Positions 1-9,798 of a DNA stretch of 64,000 bases are shown piece after piece; the first letter of the stretch is position 1, and every line of letters begins with the position of its first letter. Origin of the DNA: an uncultured Planctomycetales bacterium (GTDB lineage Bacteria > Omnitrophota > Gorgyraeia > Zapsychrales > JANLHA01); the NCBI GenBank assembly GCA_964489065.1, contig CAZAXH010000007.1, forward strand, positions 74,672 through 138,671. The letters are read 5' to 3'. A program made the position numbers and the translations under genes. The notes under the pieces were generated by a model that worked only from the letters and a program-made list of their open reading frames with translations, was not told the DNA's origin and did not search any database.

Positions 1-119
1 AAAGGATGCGGGGTGCCGAGAGCAACCGCCTGGCCTGCAAACATCGTAAGCCAAAGAAGCAGACTTGTGCCGAGTTTAATGCCCCTCATTTTATATATAA
101 CGACCTTAATATCTTTCAT
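1..119 (-). CDS. hypothetical protein, N-terminal fragment (gene continues beyond window start)
   Basis: ATG at 119 (minus) preceded by GGAGGAT RBS; open to window edge; translation begins MKDIKVVIYKMRGIKLGTSLLLWL... Confidence 0.3.
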   Translation of the reverse strand, partial: MKDIKVVIYKMRGIKLGTSLLLWLTMFAGQAVALGTPHP

Positions 120-356
120 ATCCTCCAGAAGCCCAGTTTCATAACATATTGTTAACAAATACTTTACCTGAATGGAAACGTTTCCCGGGCCTATCCCTTA
201 TACCACAGGGAAAGTGTAACATATTCCAAAGCCAAAGCAAGAGCCGCTATCGGATTCGTCATTATAATAAATAATTCGAAAATCCCTGAGAGATACACCC
301 CCACCCGTCCAATCTCTAGGCAACCATAAGGGGAAGAGGTTAACGTTTCAGGGCTA

Positions 357-848
357 TTAAGGAAAAATTCCAGAATCGGTGGAGGGAGCTTCCGAAGAAA
401 AGTAAGCTTTGACATGCGGCTTTAAAAAATAACTGACGAGCAGCGCCCAACCCAAGATATACTGCAAAAACGACTGAAAGAAATAACCGGGCCACTCGCG
501 CAGAATATCGAAGACCCCCGGATTTAAAAGCATAGATTGCTCCAGAATCGAACGATATTTCCAATTGAAAAACCAAAAAAAACCTGCCAAGGGGATAATG
601 GTCACGGTGGCTCTCCTGGCCCAAGGCCGTGCCATGTACAGGCTGACGCCGGCCGAATAAAACAAAACCGGCATCACCCCGTAAAGAATAAACCCGGCCA
701 AAGACATGGGGCCGGTGATCATGAGGGAACTCAAGCCATAAATACGGAGGGAATCCAGGATGTAGACAAAGATGATGACCGTTAAAAATCCGCCGACCAC
801 GATCATTAAACTGCTGACAAAGGTAACTCCCCAAGGACGTTTTTGCAT
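357..848 (-). CDS. hypothetical polytopic membrane protein
   Basis: ORF 357..866; four hydrophobic segments; start moved to in-frame ATG (MQKRPWGV...). Confidence 0.4.
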   Translation of the reverse strand: MQKRPWGVTFVSSLMIVVGGFLTVIIFVYILDSLRIYGLSSLMITGPMSLAGFILYGVMPVLFYSAGVSLYMARPWARRATVTIIPLAGFFWFFNWKYRSILEQSMLLNPGVFDILREWPGYFFQSFLQYILGWALLVSYFLKPHVKAYFSSEAPSTDSGIFP

Positions 849-920
849 TTTACAGGTACCGCTCAATTCAAATTCACATGAAGGCTTCCGAATGCTCTGT
901 TTTCCAGGCCCGGCTTCATA

Positions 921-1712
921 TCATTTAAAATGATATACAAGTCCGAGCATGGCCGTCCAAAGTCCCGACTCATCCACCAACGGACTCTTTTCGATCCTGC
1001 TCCCGAGTTCCTCAAACTGGACATCGGTGACAAGCACCCAGGAGCCCTTAACAGGAACAGACATCTGAACTCCGGCGATAAGATTAAGGGCGGATCCGCC
1101 TTCATAAGCCGGACGGCCGGGTTTCGTCTCCTCCCCTTTCACTCCATAATAATAATCAACTATATCCTCACTCAGCCAGTTCACCCCCACCCGGGGTTTC
1201 AGAAACCCTCTGTAGAACTGCCGGGAGATGAGCAACTTGATATCCTGCCCCTGATGATGATTAAGAAGGTCTGAAACACCGGCGACCTCCAAGTTCAGAA
1301 AACGGTGTTCCCAAAGACAGCGGATCCCCCCGTCAATACTGCCCTTACGGTCGTCCATCCCTTCTAAAAACGGGCTATCGTCATGGTCATAACCGTTGAA
1401 ACGGGGAACGCCGATTAAGGAGATATCCCCCTGCGGGAAACGCTTGAGCTGATACCCGAGTTTACGCCCGTCCAGGAAAAAGTTCTTGTACCGGGCCACG
1501 ATAATCGGAACCGGGAACACATCGACATCTTTATCAATATACGGAGATTCCGAAAGCCGCACCCCCAGGCCTGCCACCGTAAGATCGAGGTCCTCTTCAT
1601 GGGTCTCCATAAAATCCTTCATGCGGGCAAAAACGGAAGACCCGGCCCAGAGAGACCCAGGCACAGACAAAAGCAAGCAAAGCATTAAATAGCTAATAAC
1701 GAAAACTTTCAT
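921..1712 (-). CDS. MipA/OmpV-family outer-membrane protein (putative)
   Basis: ORF 921..1829 trimmed to ATG at 1712 (MKVFVISYLMLCLLLSVPGSLWA signal peptide); beta-rich, Y/G-rich sequence typical of MltA-interacting OMPs. Confidence 0.45.
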   Translation of the reverse strand: MKVFVISYLMLCLLLSVPGSLWAGSSVFARMKDFMETHEEDLDLTVAGLGVRLSESPYIDKDVDVFPVPIIVARYKNFFLDGRKLGYQLKRFPQGDISLIGVPRFNGYDHDDSPFLEGMDDRKGSIDGGIRCLWEHRFLNLEVAGVSDLLNHHQGQDIKLLISRQFYRGFLKPRVGVNWLSEDIVDYYYGVKGEETKPGRPAYEGGSALNLIAGVQMSVPVKGSWVLVTDVQFEELGSRIEKSPLVDESGLWTAMLGLVYHFK

Positions 1713-1731
1713 TTCGATAACGGCAAAGCCA

Positions 1732-2700
1732 TCACGACTCAACCCGCAGGACAATTTTACCGGAAGCGCCGGACTGCATGATGGCATCATGCGCCAAAGG
1801 GGCCTCCTGAAGCGTAAATTCCCGGCCAATCACCGGGCTTAAACTGCCGTTCTGAAAATACGGGTCCAAAGCCTGAAATACTTTTAAACGCTCTTCAGCA
1901 GAAAGATTCAACAGCGACATCCCGCAAATCGTGGCATCCCGAGACATGGCCTCCCGGGGATTAATCGTGACTTCCCCCCGGCACCCCACGATCACGACAC
2001 GGCTGTTCGGGGCCAGCATCTGAAGATCAGCGGCCAGATTTTTATTGGCCAGCATTTCAATAATAATTTGCACCCCGCGGCCCCGGGTGAAATCAAGGAC
2101 TTCCTGACGATAATGTTCGGAAGTATGGTCGAGAACCAGGTCCGCGCCAAGACTCCGGATCAGAGAGCGCCCCTTGTCACTGCCAGCGGTCGCGATGACT
2201 GTCAATCCAAGGCATTTCGCCATTTGAATCACCGCGGTCCCAACGCCGCCGCTACCTCCGTGGACCATAACTGTTTCTTTGTCAACCGCCTGGGCTTTGG
2301 TGAATAACGCGCGGTAAGCCGTGGCAAAAGGAATCCCGATCGCAGCGCCTTGAGCGAAAGAAAATGCTTCCGGAAGGAAAACCGCCTCGTGGACAGAACA
2401 CACCGTTTCCTCCGCATACGTTCCCAGGTGTGTCCCGCTCACGTACACTTTATCCCCGGCGGCAAAACGGGTCACGCCCTCCCCCACTTCCTCAACCACA
2501 CCAGCACCGTCCATCCCGGGAGTAAAAGGAAGGCTTATGTCAAGAGAATAAAGTCCCTGACGGATATATGTGTCGACAGGATTGACCCCCGCAACTTTAA
2601 TCCGGACCCGAATCTGTCCGGCCTGAGGCCGCCTGGGTTCAACGGTTTGCAAACACATAACATCACTCCCGCCAAAACTTTGAATACGAATGGCTTGCAT
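1732..2700 (-). CDS. qor: NADPH:quinone oxidoreductase / zinc-type alcohol dehydrogenase-like (MDR superfamily)
   Basis: 322 aa; GVNPVD...MVHGGSGGVGTAVIQ Rossmann motif, zeta-crystallin-like architecture. Confidence 0.85.
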   Translation of the reverse strand: MQAIRIQSFGGSDVMCLQTVEPRRPQAGQIRVRIKVAGVNPVDTYIRQGLYSLDISLPFTPGMDGAGVVEEVGEGVTRFAAGDKVYVSGTHLGTYAEETVCSVHEAVFLPEAFSFAQGAAIGIPFATAYRALFTKAQAVDKETVMVHGGSGGVGTAVIQMAKCLGLTVIATAGSDKGRSLIRSLGADLVLDHTSEHYRQEVLDFTRGRGVQIIIEMLANKNLAADLQMLAPNSRVVIVGCRGEVTINPREAMSRDATICGMSLLNLSAEERLKVFQALDPYFQNGSLSPVIGREFTLQEAPLAHDAIMQSGASGKIVLRVES

Positions 2701-2950
2701 AACATCCTTTCATACAAAATCCGCGCCTAAAGCCGCGGCAGGGTTTATCCGAAGAAACATCGCCCCTTTCCCCAAGTCTCCAGCGGCCAACTTTTCCCCT
2801 TCTCAGCCGCGAGCTACAACAATGATTCCCCCCGTTTATAAAAAAATACCGCTCTCTTCGAATATTACAAAATAAAAATACCCTTGTCAAACACTAGCTA
2901 AAAAACTTGCCGGCTCGCATGAAACGGAAAGCAGCCCCGGGGCCGACAAA

Positions 2951-2985
2951 AAAAGAGGCCTGTCTTTTCAGGCCTCTTTTAAAAA
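2951..2985 (-). terminator. intrinsic terminator downstream of csp (bidirectional hairpin)
   Basis: AGAGGCCTG-tctttt-CAGGCCTCT perfect 9-bp stem flanked by A-run on + and T-run on - strand, immediately 3' of csp stop (3002). Confidence 0.55.
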
Positions 2986-3001
2986 TAGAATCATATATTT
3001 T

Positions 3002-3202
3002 TTACAACTTTACGACATTCTTGGCATGTTCTCCTTTAGGGCCGCTCTCAATTTCAAATTCAACATCCTGGCCTTCCTGCAGGGTTTTGTACCCATCCCC
3101 GAGAATAGCGGAATGGTGGACAAAAACATCATCCCCCCCGTCTCTGGATATAAAACCGTACCCCTTTTGATTGTTAAACCACTTAACTTTACCTTGTGCC
3201 AT
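3002..3202 (-). CDS. cspA: cold-shock protein CspA family
   Basis: 66 aa [18 protein letters not shown]...VFVHHSAI: RNP1/RNP2 motifs of the cold-shock domain. Confidence 0.92.
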   Translation of the reverse strand: MAQGKVKWFNNQKGYGFISRDGGDDVFVHHSAILGDGYKTLQEGQDVEFEIESGPKGEHAKNVVKL

Positions 3203-3438
3203 TACTTACCCTCCTTTCTCCTATTCACGCAAGCAAATAATGGCAGAAACCGGCACCTTTCGTACTCCTTGATTTAGGCAAATTAATGAGATGACCTCAA
3301 GAAACGAAGCCTAGAAGGGCACCTAAAAGTAACCACGTTCACGCTATTATTCACTTCAAGTGTAGTATGCCTGATTTGTCAAATATTGTCAAATAAGATG
3401 TATACAAAAATCCAGCCCCAGGGTGGAAAAAGCTGAAA

Positions 3439-3771
3439 TCACGGCTCTGCATCCGCCAGCAACTGCGTTAATTTCTTCTCATAGCGGTCAAAACACGTCC
3501 GAAGGATATCATCCATTGATGCCTCATGTTCAAGGAGTAATTCCAGGCATAAAATAATCAGATCTCCGGTTTCCACCAGGAAATGGCGGTTTCCCGCTGC
3601 CCAAAGCGCCTCGATCTCCGCGGCATGACTGGCCATTAAATCCAACAACCGGCGGCTGTGATCATAGTCGACTTTATGGTTATACATCTTTGATAAACCG
3701 TGAATACCCCGGATACGGCTTACTGCGCCAGGGGTCAACGCATGATCACTCATATTTTTCGTCTCCTTCAA
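3439..3771 (-). CDS. MazG-like nucleotide pyrophosphohydrolase domain protein (putative)
   Basis: 110 aa, all-alpha, EIEALW...E..LxxE pattern; start could be the second Met (3753). Confidence 0.4.
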   Translation of the reverse strand: MKETKNMSDHALTPGAVSRIRGIHGLSKMYNHKVDYDHSRRLLDLMASHAAEIEALWAAGNRHFLVETGDLIILCLELLLEHEASMDDILRTCFDRYEKKLTQLLADAEP

Positions 3772-3911
3772 AAGAATTGAATTCCCACGCCCTCACAGAC
3801 GCGGCACTTATTGTCTCAAGCCCTGCGGGGGCCCATCGTTGTCCAAAAATTTCATTGCTGGCCCCGGCTCTAATCCCCGCCTTAAATAACGGGGGAGAAT
3901 TCCCGCGGGGA

Positions 3912-4271
3912 TTAAAATTGGCCGCTTTTCAATAAAAGGATGGTGCAGGCGTGCTGGGTCATGATGCCCTGCGCCTGTGCCTCGCGTTCTAATGCCTCAT
4001 TTTCAGTGCCGGGGTTAAAAATAATTCTCCTAGGGCAGCTCTTAAGAATATCCGCCTGAATCCGGGCAGAAATCCCGGCGCTCACATACAGCGTAATCGT
4101 ATCCGGGGAATCAGGCACCGCAGCCAGCCGCGGATAAACAGGCACCCCCAGCACGGTCTTGATCCGGGGATGGACCGGATAAACCGCATGTCCGTGTTTT
4201 AACAATAACTCGACCGCCATATAAGCATAGCGGTCCTCTTTATCAGAGGCTCCCAGCACCGCGACACGCAT
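3912..4271 (-). CDS. CoA-binding domain protein (YccU-like)
   Basis: ORF 3912..4301 trimmed to MRVAVLGASDKEDRYAY (typical CoA-binding N-terminus). Confidence 0.55.
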   Translation of the reverse strand: MRVAVLGASDKEDRYAYMAVELLLKHGHAVYPVHPRIKTVLGVPVYPRLAAVPDSPDTITLYVSAGISARIQADILKSCPRRIIFNPGTENEALEREAQAQGIMTQHACTILLLKSGQF

Positions 4272-4275
4272 CCTT

Positions 4276-5124
4276 TCACTCCTTCCTGGAATAAAATTCA
4301 TTTAAAAAAGCATTCAGCCGCTGGATAAAAGTACGGTCAGAAAACCGTCCCAGATAAACATTCGCTCCTGACAAAAGGCACGCTTCATGGCCCGCGTCTA
4401 TCATTTCCGTCTGTTGGCGTATGTCCTCACTGCCCAAGTTTTCCACCCGGTAATAGCTAAACACAAACACCGGGACAGCCTGAAAATCAGGCAGAATACG
4501 CAAGGCGTGGATATAATCCGCCGGCGCGCCCAACCCCGGCAAAAGGACATCCACGATAATCAGATGCGGGTGAAAGGCCAACGCCCTCGTCAATAGTTCA
4601 TAGCCTTGCCGGATAACAGCCACTTCACAGGCTTCCTGCCGGAGAAGCCTGGCCATAATTTCAGTATTATCGCGGTCCTGCCCCCCCAGCAAGACCTTCC
4701 GGCGATAAAGGTGTGACCGGCGCTGATTCACGCTAAGCTCCAAAGCTTCCCCGGGGTTCCGGGTCCGGGAAAGGGCGCTGGATAAAAGCGACAGTAAAAA
4801 ATATTCATCCACCGGTTTATTTACGATATGCTCAACCCCCAGAACTCGAAAACCCTCCTCCCTTTGACGGCGGCTTAACAACAGAACGATAGGGATCACA
4901 GCGAGTTTCTTGGCGTTCTTGATGCGCTTACATAGTTCAAAGGCATTCCCCCCCGCCCAATCTTCGTCAATGAGAAAAATATTGACCGGCTGACCGTTAA
5001 TATACTCAAACCCGGCCTCCCCGGATGGCGCCAGCAATAGCCGATAGCCGACCTGCTCCAATAAAAGGCCGAGCCGCTGAAGAAAGGCCTGGTCATGGCT
5101 GGCAGCAAGAATACAGGGTGTCAC
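4276..5124 (-). CDS. tandem receiver-domain (REC-REC) response-regulator protein
   Basis: Two CheY-like halves (..FLIDEDW.. and ..HLIIVDVLLPGLG..); GTG at 5124 with GGAGGA RBS 8 nt upstream preferred over the ORF-track GTG at 5151. Confidence 0.6.
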   Translation of the reverse strand: MTPCILAASHDQAFLQRLGLLLEQVGYRLLLAPSGEAGFEYINGQPVNIFLIDEDWAGGNAFELCKRIKNAKKLAVIPIVLLLSRRQREEGFRVLGVEHIVNKPVDEYFLLSLLSSALSRTRNPGEALELSVNQRRSHLYRRKVLLGGQDRDNTEIMARLLRQEACEVAVIRQGYELLTRALAFHPHLIIVDVLLPGLGAPADYIHALRILPDFQAVPVFVFSYYRVENLGSEDIRQQTEMIDAGHEACLLSGANVYLGRFSDRTFIQRLNAFLNEFYSRKE

Positions 5125-5282
5125 GAGAAATTCCTCCGCAGGACGGTGCACCCCCTCAAAACTCCGTTCACCGGCCTTAGAGACATTAATGTCCTAGGCG
5201 GACGGGATAAACACAGGACAAAAAAAGTCCTGGCTCACCGCCAGGACTTCAATAGTCATCATATATTCGTTACCGGAAATTT

Positions 5283-5576
5283 TTAACTTTTCCGGGTATT
5301 TTGTTCAATGTGAACCTGGCAAAGAGCCTGCTGGGCCTGCATCTTCAGCTCAAATGCCCGGTTTTGTCCAGAACCATATCCCATAACACCACCGATCATC
5401 GCACCGATGGCCACAATAAGGGCGTCGTAACTTCCCAACAAAGCATCACTCACAGCTCCAAAAATAATGATCCCAAAAAATATGCCGATGAAAAAATGCC
5501 GCATCGTTGTAGCTTTGGCTTGCGAGTATAGCCGTTTGGAATATGTTCTGATCAATTCAAGATCGTATTCCACCAT
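5283..5576 (-). CDS. small hypothetical membrane protein (2 TM, Gly-zipper)
   Basis: 97 aa; FFIGIFFGIIIFGAV / IVAIGAMIGGVMGYGSG. Confidence 0.35.
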   Translation of the reverse strand: MVEYDLELIRTYSKRLYSQAKATTMRHFFIGIFFGIIIFGAVSDALLGSYDALIVAIGAMIGGVMGYGSGQNRAFELKMQAQQALCQVHIEQNTRKS

Positions 5577-5668
5577 ATTGGGCCTCCATTGTATTGGTTA
5601 ATAATCGGAAAGACATACACTAGTTATATACGGAAAGCTCTTAGATGTCAACGTGTAAAGAGACTTTT

Positions 5669-5986
5669 TCAGCTCCCTTCCATGAATAATTTTTTATACC
5701 TCTGCACGTAAACGCACTGCTCCCGGCCGGGCCAAGAATCATGCAAAATGTCCCGTATCGGGAGGCAGCGGAAAAGGCGCCCTCCCCGCGTTTTTCTCAG
5801 CCCAAAACGGTCTTCATAAATACGGCAAAAAAACCGCCCCGGCGATTCCTCCATCAAGTGCTCACAGGGATCCCCGTCCAAGGCGCCACAACAGGCGCCG
5901 CAACGGGCACACAAGGATTCCCACCGCCGCTCCTGTTCTTTTTGAAAAAATATATAACCCGGCTCTTCCTTATGATGATCCGGCAC
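5669..5986 (-). CDS. YkgJ-family Fe-S/zinc cysteine-cluster protein
   Basis: CARCGACCGALDGDPCEHL = CxxCxxCC motif of the YkgJ/UPF0153 family. Confidence 0.6.
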   Translation of the reverse strand: MPDHHKEEPGYIFFQKEQERRWESLCARCGACCGALDGDPCEHLMEESPGRFFCRIYEDRFGLRKTRGGRLFRCLPIRDILHDSWPGREQCVYVQRYKKLFMEGS

Positions 5987-6038
5987 AACACCCTCCTCTA
6001 TTTCCCCCGGCTTGGCAACGCACAGAAACCGTTTCCTC

Positions 6039-8036
6039 TCACGGCGACCCCTGAATCATTTGATTAATATTTCTTTCGATGCGCCTCTCGACAAAGTCCG
6101 GAATCCTTTTCTGAATAAGAGCCTTGACCTGGGAAGGCAGCCACTGGAAATTAACCGCATCCACGGGACCGGATAATTGAAATTCAAAATTATAATTTAA
6201 GGTCTCCGGATTCTTTTCTCTCAACAACTGGGCCAATTCCAAAGACTGTTTTATATAAAACGATTCCATAAGAATCGAAATACGGCTGGACACCATTTTC
6301 TGGGCCGAGAGAGAAAAATTACCCCGGATATGGACCCCGTCGGAATTCAGGCTGAACCGGTCAAAATGGATTCCCGACGGATCCATAACCACGGACAACG
6401 AAAGCGTGTCAAACCGTAAATGTTTCATGGCATGAAACCCGAACGCGGTGGAAAACCACTCCAGGAATCTCACCCGGCTCAAGACACCATCTGTGACAAG
6501 CATTTTTCCCTTCATACTGAACTGATCGCCTAAACGGCTAAAATAGTGGCCCGACACCTGCCCGGATAAAGAAGAAAGCCCCGGCCAATCTTGATGCCAA
6601 TCCTCCAGGCGCAAATTCCGCAAATCCAAAGACAAAAAAGACCGGAGGTCCCCATCCGCTCCTTTATTGACCCACATCCGGCTGGCTATCTCCCCCGAAT
6701 ACAGCCGCCCGGTCAACGACAAATAGCTAACACCATTTAACTGCGGATTCCAAAACATGTCGATACCGGTTAAATGAACCTCCCCGGGCGGACACAATAC
6801 AGTCAGTTCCTCCACCCCCAAACGAAGGCGGCTAAAGACATCCTTAACATGCATTCCGGACAGCCGGAATTCGACCTTAGCGTCCCCGGGAAGGGACCAC
6901 AAAGACCGGACCAACAAGGTGACCGCACCGGACGAAATCCAATGGTCATGCCTGATTTGGCTCTGAATATCCCCCTGTATACTGTGACAGCCCGGGAGGA
7001 CCTTCGCAAGTTTAGGCGATTGCGCCTGAAACGAAACATGGGTCGAGAGTTCCCCCTTGGTCTCAAGGCCGCCGCTGATCTTCACCGGAATACCATTCGC
7101 GTCAAAACGGATATCTTCCACAAGGATCTCGGCCGGAGTAACCCTGACCCTGCCGCGCATATCCAGGATGACCAAATCAGGATCCAACCGCACAGCCGGG
7201 AGAAGCCCCGTCAAGAAAGGACCCTCTTCCGGATCGCGACGACGGGTATCCCAAAGGGCATACCCGGACAACTCCGCCGTATGCCCGTCCCACAGGCCCC
7301 GCCAGCTCCCTTCGCCCCGGGGATGTTTTATGATCAAATCTTTAATACGGTTCTGCCCCGCCCCAAAATCCATGGCTAACTGGAACGTCAGGGCATCCCG
7401 GTACCCCAGAATCCTTCTTACCGGCCCCAGAAAGGAACGGCAGCGTCCTCCGGCGAGACAAAGACGGCCTTTCAATTCCAATTGCCGCTGAGTCTGCCGG
7501 AAAACAGCATTGATGTTCACTCCTCTATCCGGATACTGTTCCTCCTCCGAGGAAACGAGCCGCGCCTCCCGCACCTTTACAGTGAAACACGGGCGGTTCT
7601 GTCCTGACGGAGGGGACAGGACAGAACCGAGGTCGCCCCAAGCCTGAAGGAGCGCCGGATAATTTCCGCGGAAAGATCTCAGGTAAAAAAAATAAAAAGA
7701 TATTTCCCGTTCAAAAAAATATTTCTTAACCGAAAGCCTTAATACAGCCGTGGAAACCCGGGCTAAAACACGTGCAGAAGCCCTTCCTTTTTGCCCAGCC
7801 GTCCGTTGAATAAAAAAATTTTTAACAATCACGCCATTAGGAGGGAGAAAAAACACAGGTCCTGCCTCGAGACGATAATGCGGGAACTGTTCATTCAGAC
7901 TGGTTAAAAGCAAATCTTTTAAAACATTCAGGCGCCACGTCCCTAGCCCCAGAGCGAGGCAAAACGACAGAAGAATAACGGCCCCGCACCCGAGTAAGGG
8001 TTTAATACAATATCGTTTCGAATGGAATGCCATCAA
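6039..8036 (-). CDS. large AsmA-like envelope protein (hypothetical)
   Basis: 665 aa, N-terminal TM anchor then long beta-rich region; family assignment tentative. Confidence 0.35.
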   Translation of the reverse strand: MMAFHSKRYCIKPLLGCGAVILLSFCLALGLGTWRLNVLKDLLLTSLNEQFPHYRLEAGPVFFLPPNGVIVKNFFIQRTAGQKGRASARVLARVSTAVLRLSVKKYFFEREISFYFFYLRSFRGNYPALLQAWGDLGSVLSPPSGQNRPCFTVKVREARLVSSEEEQYPDRGVNINAVFRQTQRQLELKGRLCLAGGRCRSFLGPVRRILGYRDALTFQLAMDFGAGQNRIKDLIIKHPRGEGSWRGLWDGHTAELSGYALWDTRRRDPEEGPFLTGLLPAVRLDPDLVILDMRGRVRVTPAEILVEDIRFDANGIPVKISGGLETKGELSTHVSFQAQSPKLAKVLPGCHSIQGDIQSQIRHDHWISSGAVTLLVRSLWSLPGDAKVEFRLSGMHVKDVFSRLRLGVEELTVLCPPGEVHLTGIDMFWNPQLNGVSYLSLTGRLYSGEIASRMWVNKGADGDLRSFLSLDLRNLRLEDWHQDWPGLSSLSGQVSGHYFSRLGDQFSMKGKMLVTDGVLSRVRFLEWFSTAFGFHAMKHLRFDTLSLSVVMDPSGIHFDRFSLNSDGVHIRGNFSLSAQKMVSSRISILMESFYIKQSLELAQLLREKNPETLNYNFEFQLSGPVDAVNFQWLPSQVKALIQKRIPDFVERRIERNINQMIQGSP

Positions 8037-8559
8037 TCATAAACTCTATTTTGTCTATGCTGTATACAGCCCGGTAGCGCCTGAAGAATGGGGATGTAAA
8101 GTAAAAGTCTTTCGACTTCCTGAATATAAGGCTGAGTTGCTGAGATTGCACGATTTGCTGCTTTATGGCCTCGGCCCCGGCTTCATCTTTTTCCTTCCGG
8201 GCGATATGATAGCTGTTCACCAAGGCAAAAAGCGATTCCGGGACATCATTGGGATACTGTTCCAGAAAGATATGCCAGGCAGATTTTGCCGAACGGGTGT
8301 CCCCGGAGAGAAGGAAATATTCCGCCTTGGCGAATAAAGCGGTCTTATGGTACTTTGAATGCGGCAGCCTTAAAATAGAATTGTAATACGCATAAGCGGC
8401 GTCCCGCCGCCCTGTCTTGGCGGCTTCCACAGCGCTGCTGTACAAATCGCCCCCGGACGCCGCGTCAACATAAGTGCAGGCAAGAGTTGCCATCCCCCCC
8501 AACATCCCCAAAAAAACAATAACGGACATCCGGCATTTTTTAAAAACCTCTCGGCCCAT
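8002..8559 (-). CDS. TPR-like lipoprotein (hypothetical)
   Basis: ORF 8002..8655 trimmed to ATG at 8559 (avoids overlap with REC gene); ...GMATLAC lipobox; helical repeats. Confidence 0.4.
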   Translation of the reverse strand: MGREVFKKCRMSVIVFLGMLGGMATLACTYVDAASGGDLYSSAVEAAKTGRRDAAYAYYNSILRLPHSKYHKTALFAKAEYFLLSGDTRSAKSAWHIFLEQYPNDVPESLFALVNSYHIARKEKDEAGAEAIKQQIVQSQQLSLIFRKSKDFYFTSPFFRRYRAVYSIDKIEFMIDGIPFETILY

Positions 8560-8566
8560 GATAAGA

Positions 8567-8938
8567 TTATTCCCCGAGAATATCGCGGATCCGGGCAAGA
8601 AGCTCGGAAGTCTTAAAAGGCTTTGCGAGCACGTTAAAGAAGGACTCTTCGACATTGGCCCCCAAATGTTCCTCTTCTTTGGACAGGGCGCAGGTTAAAA
8701 ACAGCACCGGGATATCTTCTGTTTTCGGATCGGCTTTGATCAGGCTATACGCTTCGGTCCCGTCCATCTCCGGCATCAGGATATCCATTAGGATAAGATC
8801 CGGATGAACATCCCTGGCCTTTGCAATACTGTCCAGGCCGCTTGTGGCCGTAAGAATTCTATATTGAAATTTTTCTAAAGTATCCGAAATCAATTTCAGG
8901 TCTACCGGATCATCATCAACCACTAAAATCGTCTTCAT
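8567..8938 (-). CDS. single-domain response regulator (CheY-like receiver)
   Basis: ILVVDDD...DLILMDILMPEMDG...VLAKPF. Confidence 0.85.
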   Translation of the reverse strand: MKTILVVDDDPVDLKLISDTLEKFQYRILTATSGLDSIAKARDVHPDLILMDILMPEMDGTEAYSLIKADPKTEDIPVLFLTCALSKEEEHLGANVEESFFNVLAKPFKTSELLARIRDILGE

Positions 8939-9015
8939 AGAGAGCTCCTTATTTTACCAGACGATCCTTCCCGGGGAATCATTCGCGGGACGCCCCCTCG
9001 GCGATAGGTCGCGCT

Positions 9016-9399
9016 TTATTGAGCCGAATTCAGGATCAATTTGATGATATCCCGACGGCTGATTACGCCGATGACCCTGCCGTTTTCAACGATGGGAACC
9101 CGGCGCACATTTGTTTTAATAAAAAACTCGCAAATTTTAACGACACCATCATTGGGGGAAAAAAATTGCACATCCAACGACATATAATCCCCCACGACTT
9201 CCTGGGAGGTGATAACGTCAGAGACTAAAAGACTCAGCAGGTCCTTCTCGGTAATAACCCCGATCAGATTCTCCTCCTTATCAACGACCGGTAACCCACT
9301 GATCTGCTTCTCGACCAATATCCTCATCACCTCAAGCAATGGGGTATCCTGATGCGCCACGACAACATTTTTGACCATAATATTTCTCGCCTGAAGCAT
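9016..9399 (-). CDS. CBS-domain pair protein
   Basis: ORF 9016..9468 trimmed to ATG 9399 with GGGAGG RBS; two CBS motifs (GLPVVD..., RVPIVENGRVIGVISRRD). Confidence 0.8.
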   Translation of the reverse strand: MLQARNIMVKNVVVAHQDTPLLEVMRILVEKQISGLPVVDKEENLIGVITEKDLLSLLVSDVITSQEVVGDYMSLDVQFFSPNDGVVKICEFFIKTNVRRVPIVENGRVIGVISRRDIIKLILNSAQ

Positions 9400-9418
9400 A
9401 CGGCCTCCCTCTTCTGTT

Positions 9419-9784
9419 TTATTCCCCCAAAGCGGATCGGACAGCGGACAGGACACGATCGCTCTCAAAAGGCTTAATGATATAATCGACGGCCCCTGCG
9501 CGGATCGCTTTCATTAAAGCCACCCGCTGATCCACAGCGGTCACCATAATGATCTTGGCTTTCCCGTCAATGGCCAGGATATCATGGATCGCCTCGATGC
9601 CGTCCTTCTCAGGCATCACGATATCCATCGTCAGGAGGTCCGGCTTCAGCTCCCGGAAGACGTCCACAGCTTCTTTGCCGTTATTACATTCCGCAACGAC
9701 ATCATATCCGGCCTGGACAAGAATATCTTTGAGCATGGAACGGATGATAGGCGCGTCGTCAACTATAATAATTTTTTTTGACAT
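9419..9784 (-). CDS. cheY: chemotaxis response regulator CheY
   Basis: 121 aa; IIIVDDAP...DLLTMDIVMP...IIKPF. Confidence 0.85.
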   Translation of the reverse strand: MSKKIIIVDDAPIIRSMLKDILVQAGYDVVAECNNGKEAVDVFRELKPDLLTMDIVMPEKDGIEAIHDILAIDGKAKIIMVTAVDQRVALMKAIRAGAVDYIIKPFESDRVLSAVRSALGE

Positions 9785-9798
9785 AAGGACTCTCTTTG

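Noticed and set aside
340-834. 164-aa minus-strand ORF
   Set aside because: It is in an alternative frame overlapping the 357..848 membrane-protein ORF. Its translation is low complexity, so the hydrophobic frame was preferred.
2350-2730. 126-aa plus-strand ORF
   Set aside because: Antisense to the quinone oxidoreductase gene.
6774-7491. Plus-strand ORFs 6774..7379 and 7057..7491
   Set aside because: They are embedded antisense in the 665-aa AsmA-like gene. They have Arg/Pro-rich low-complexity translations characteristic of a wrong frame.
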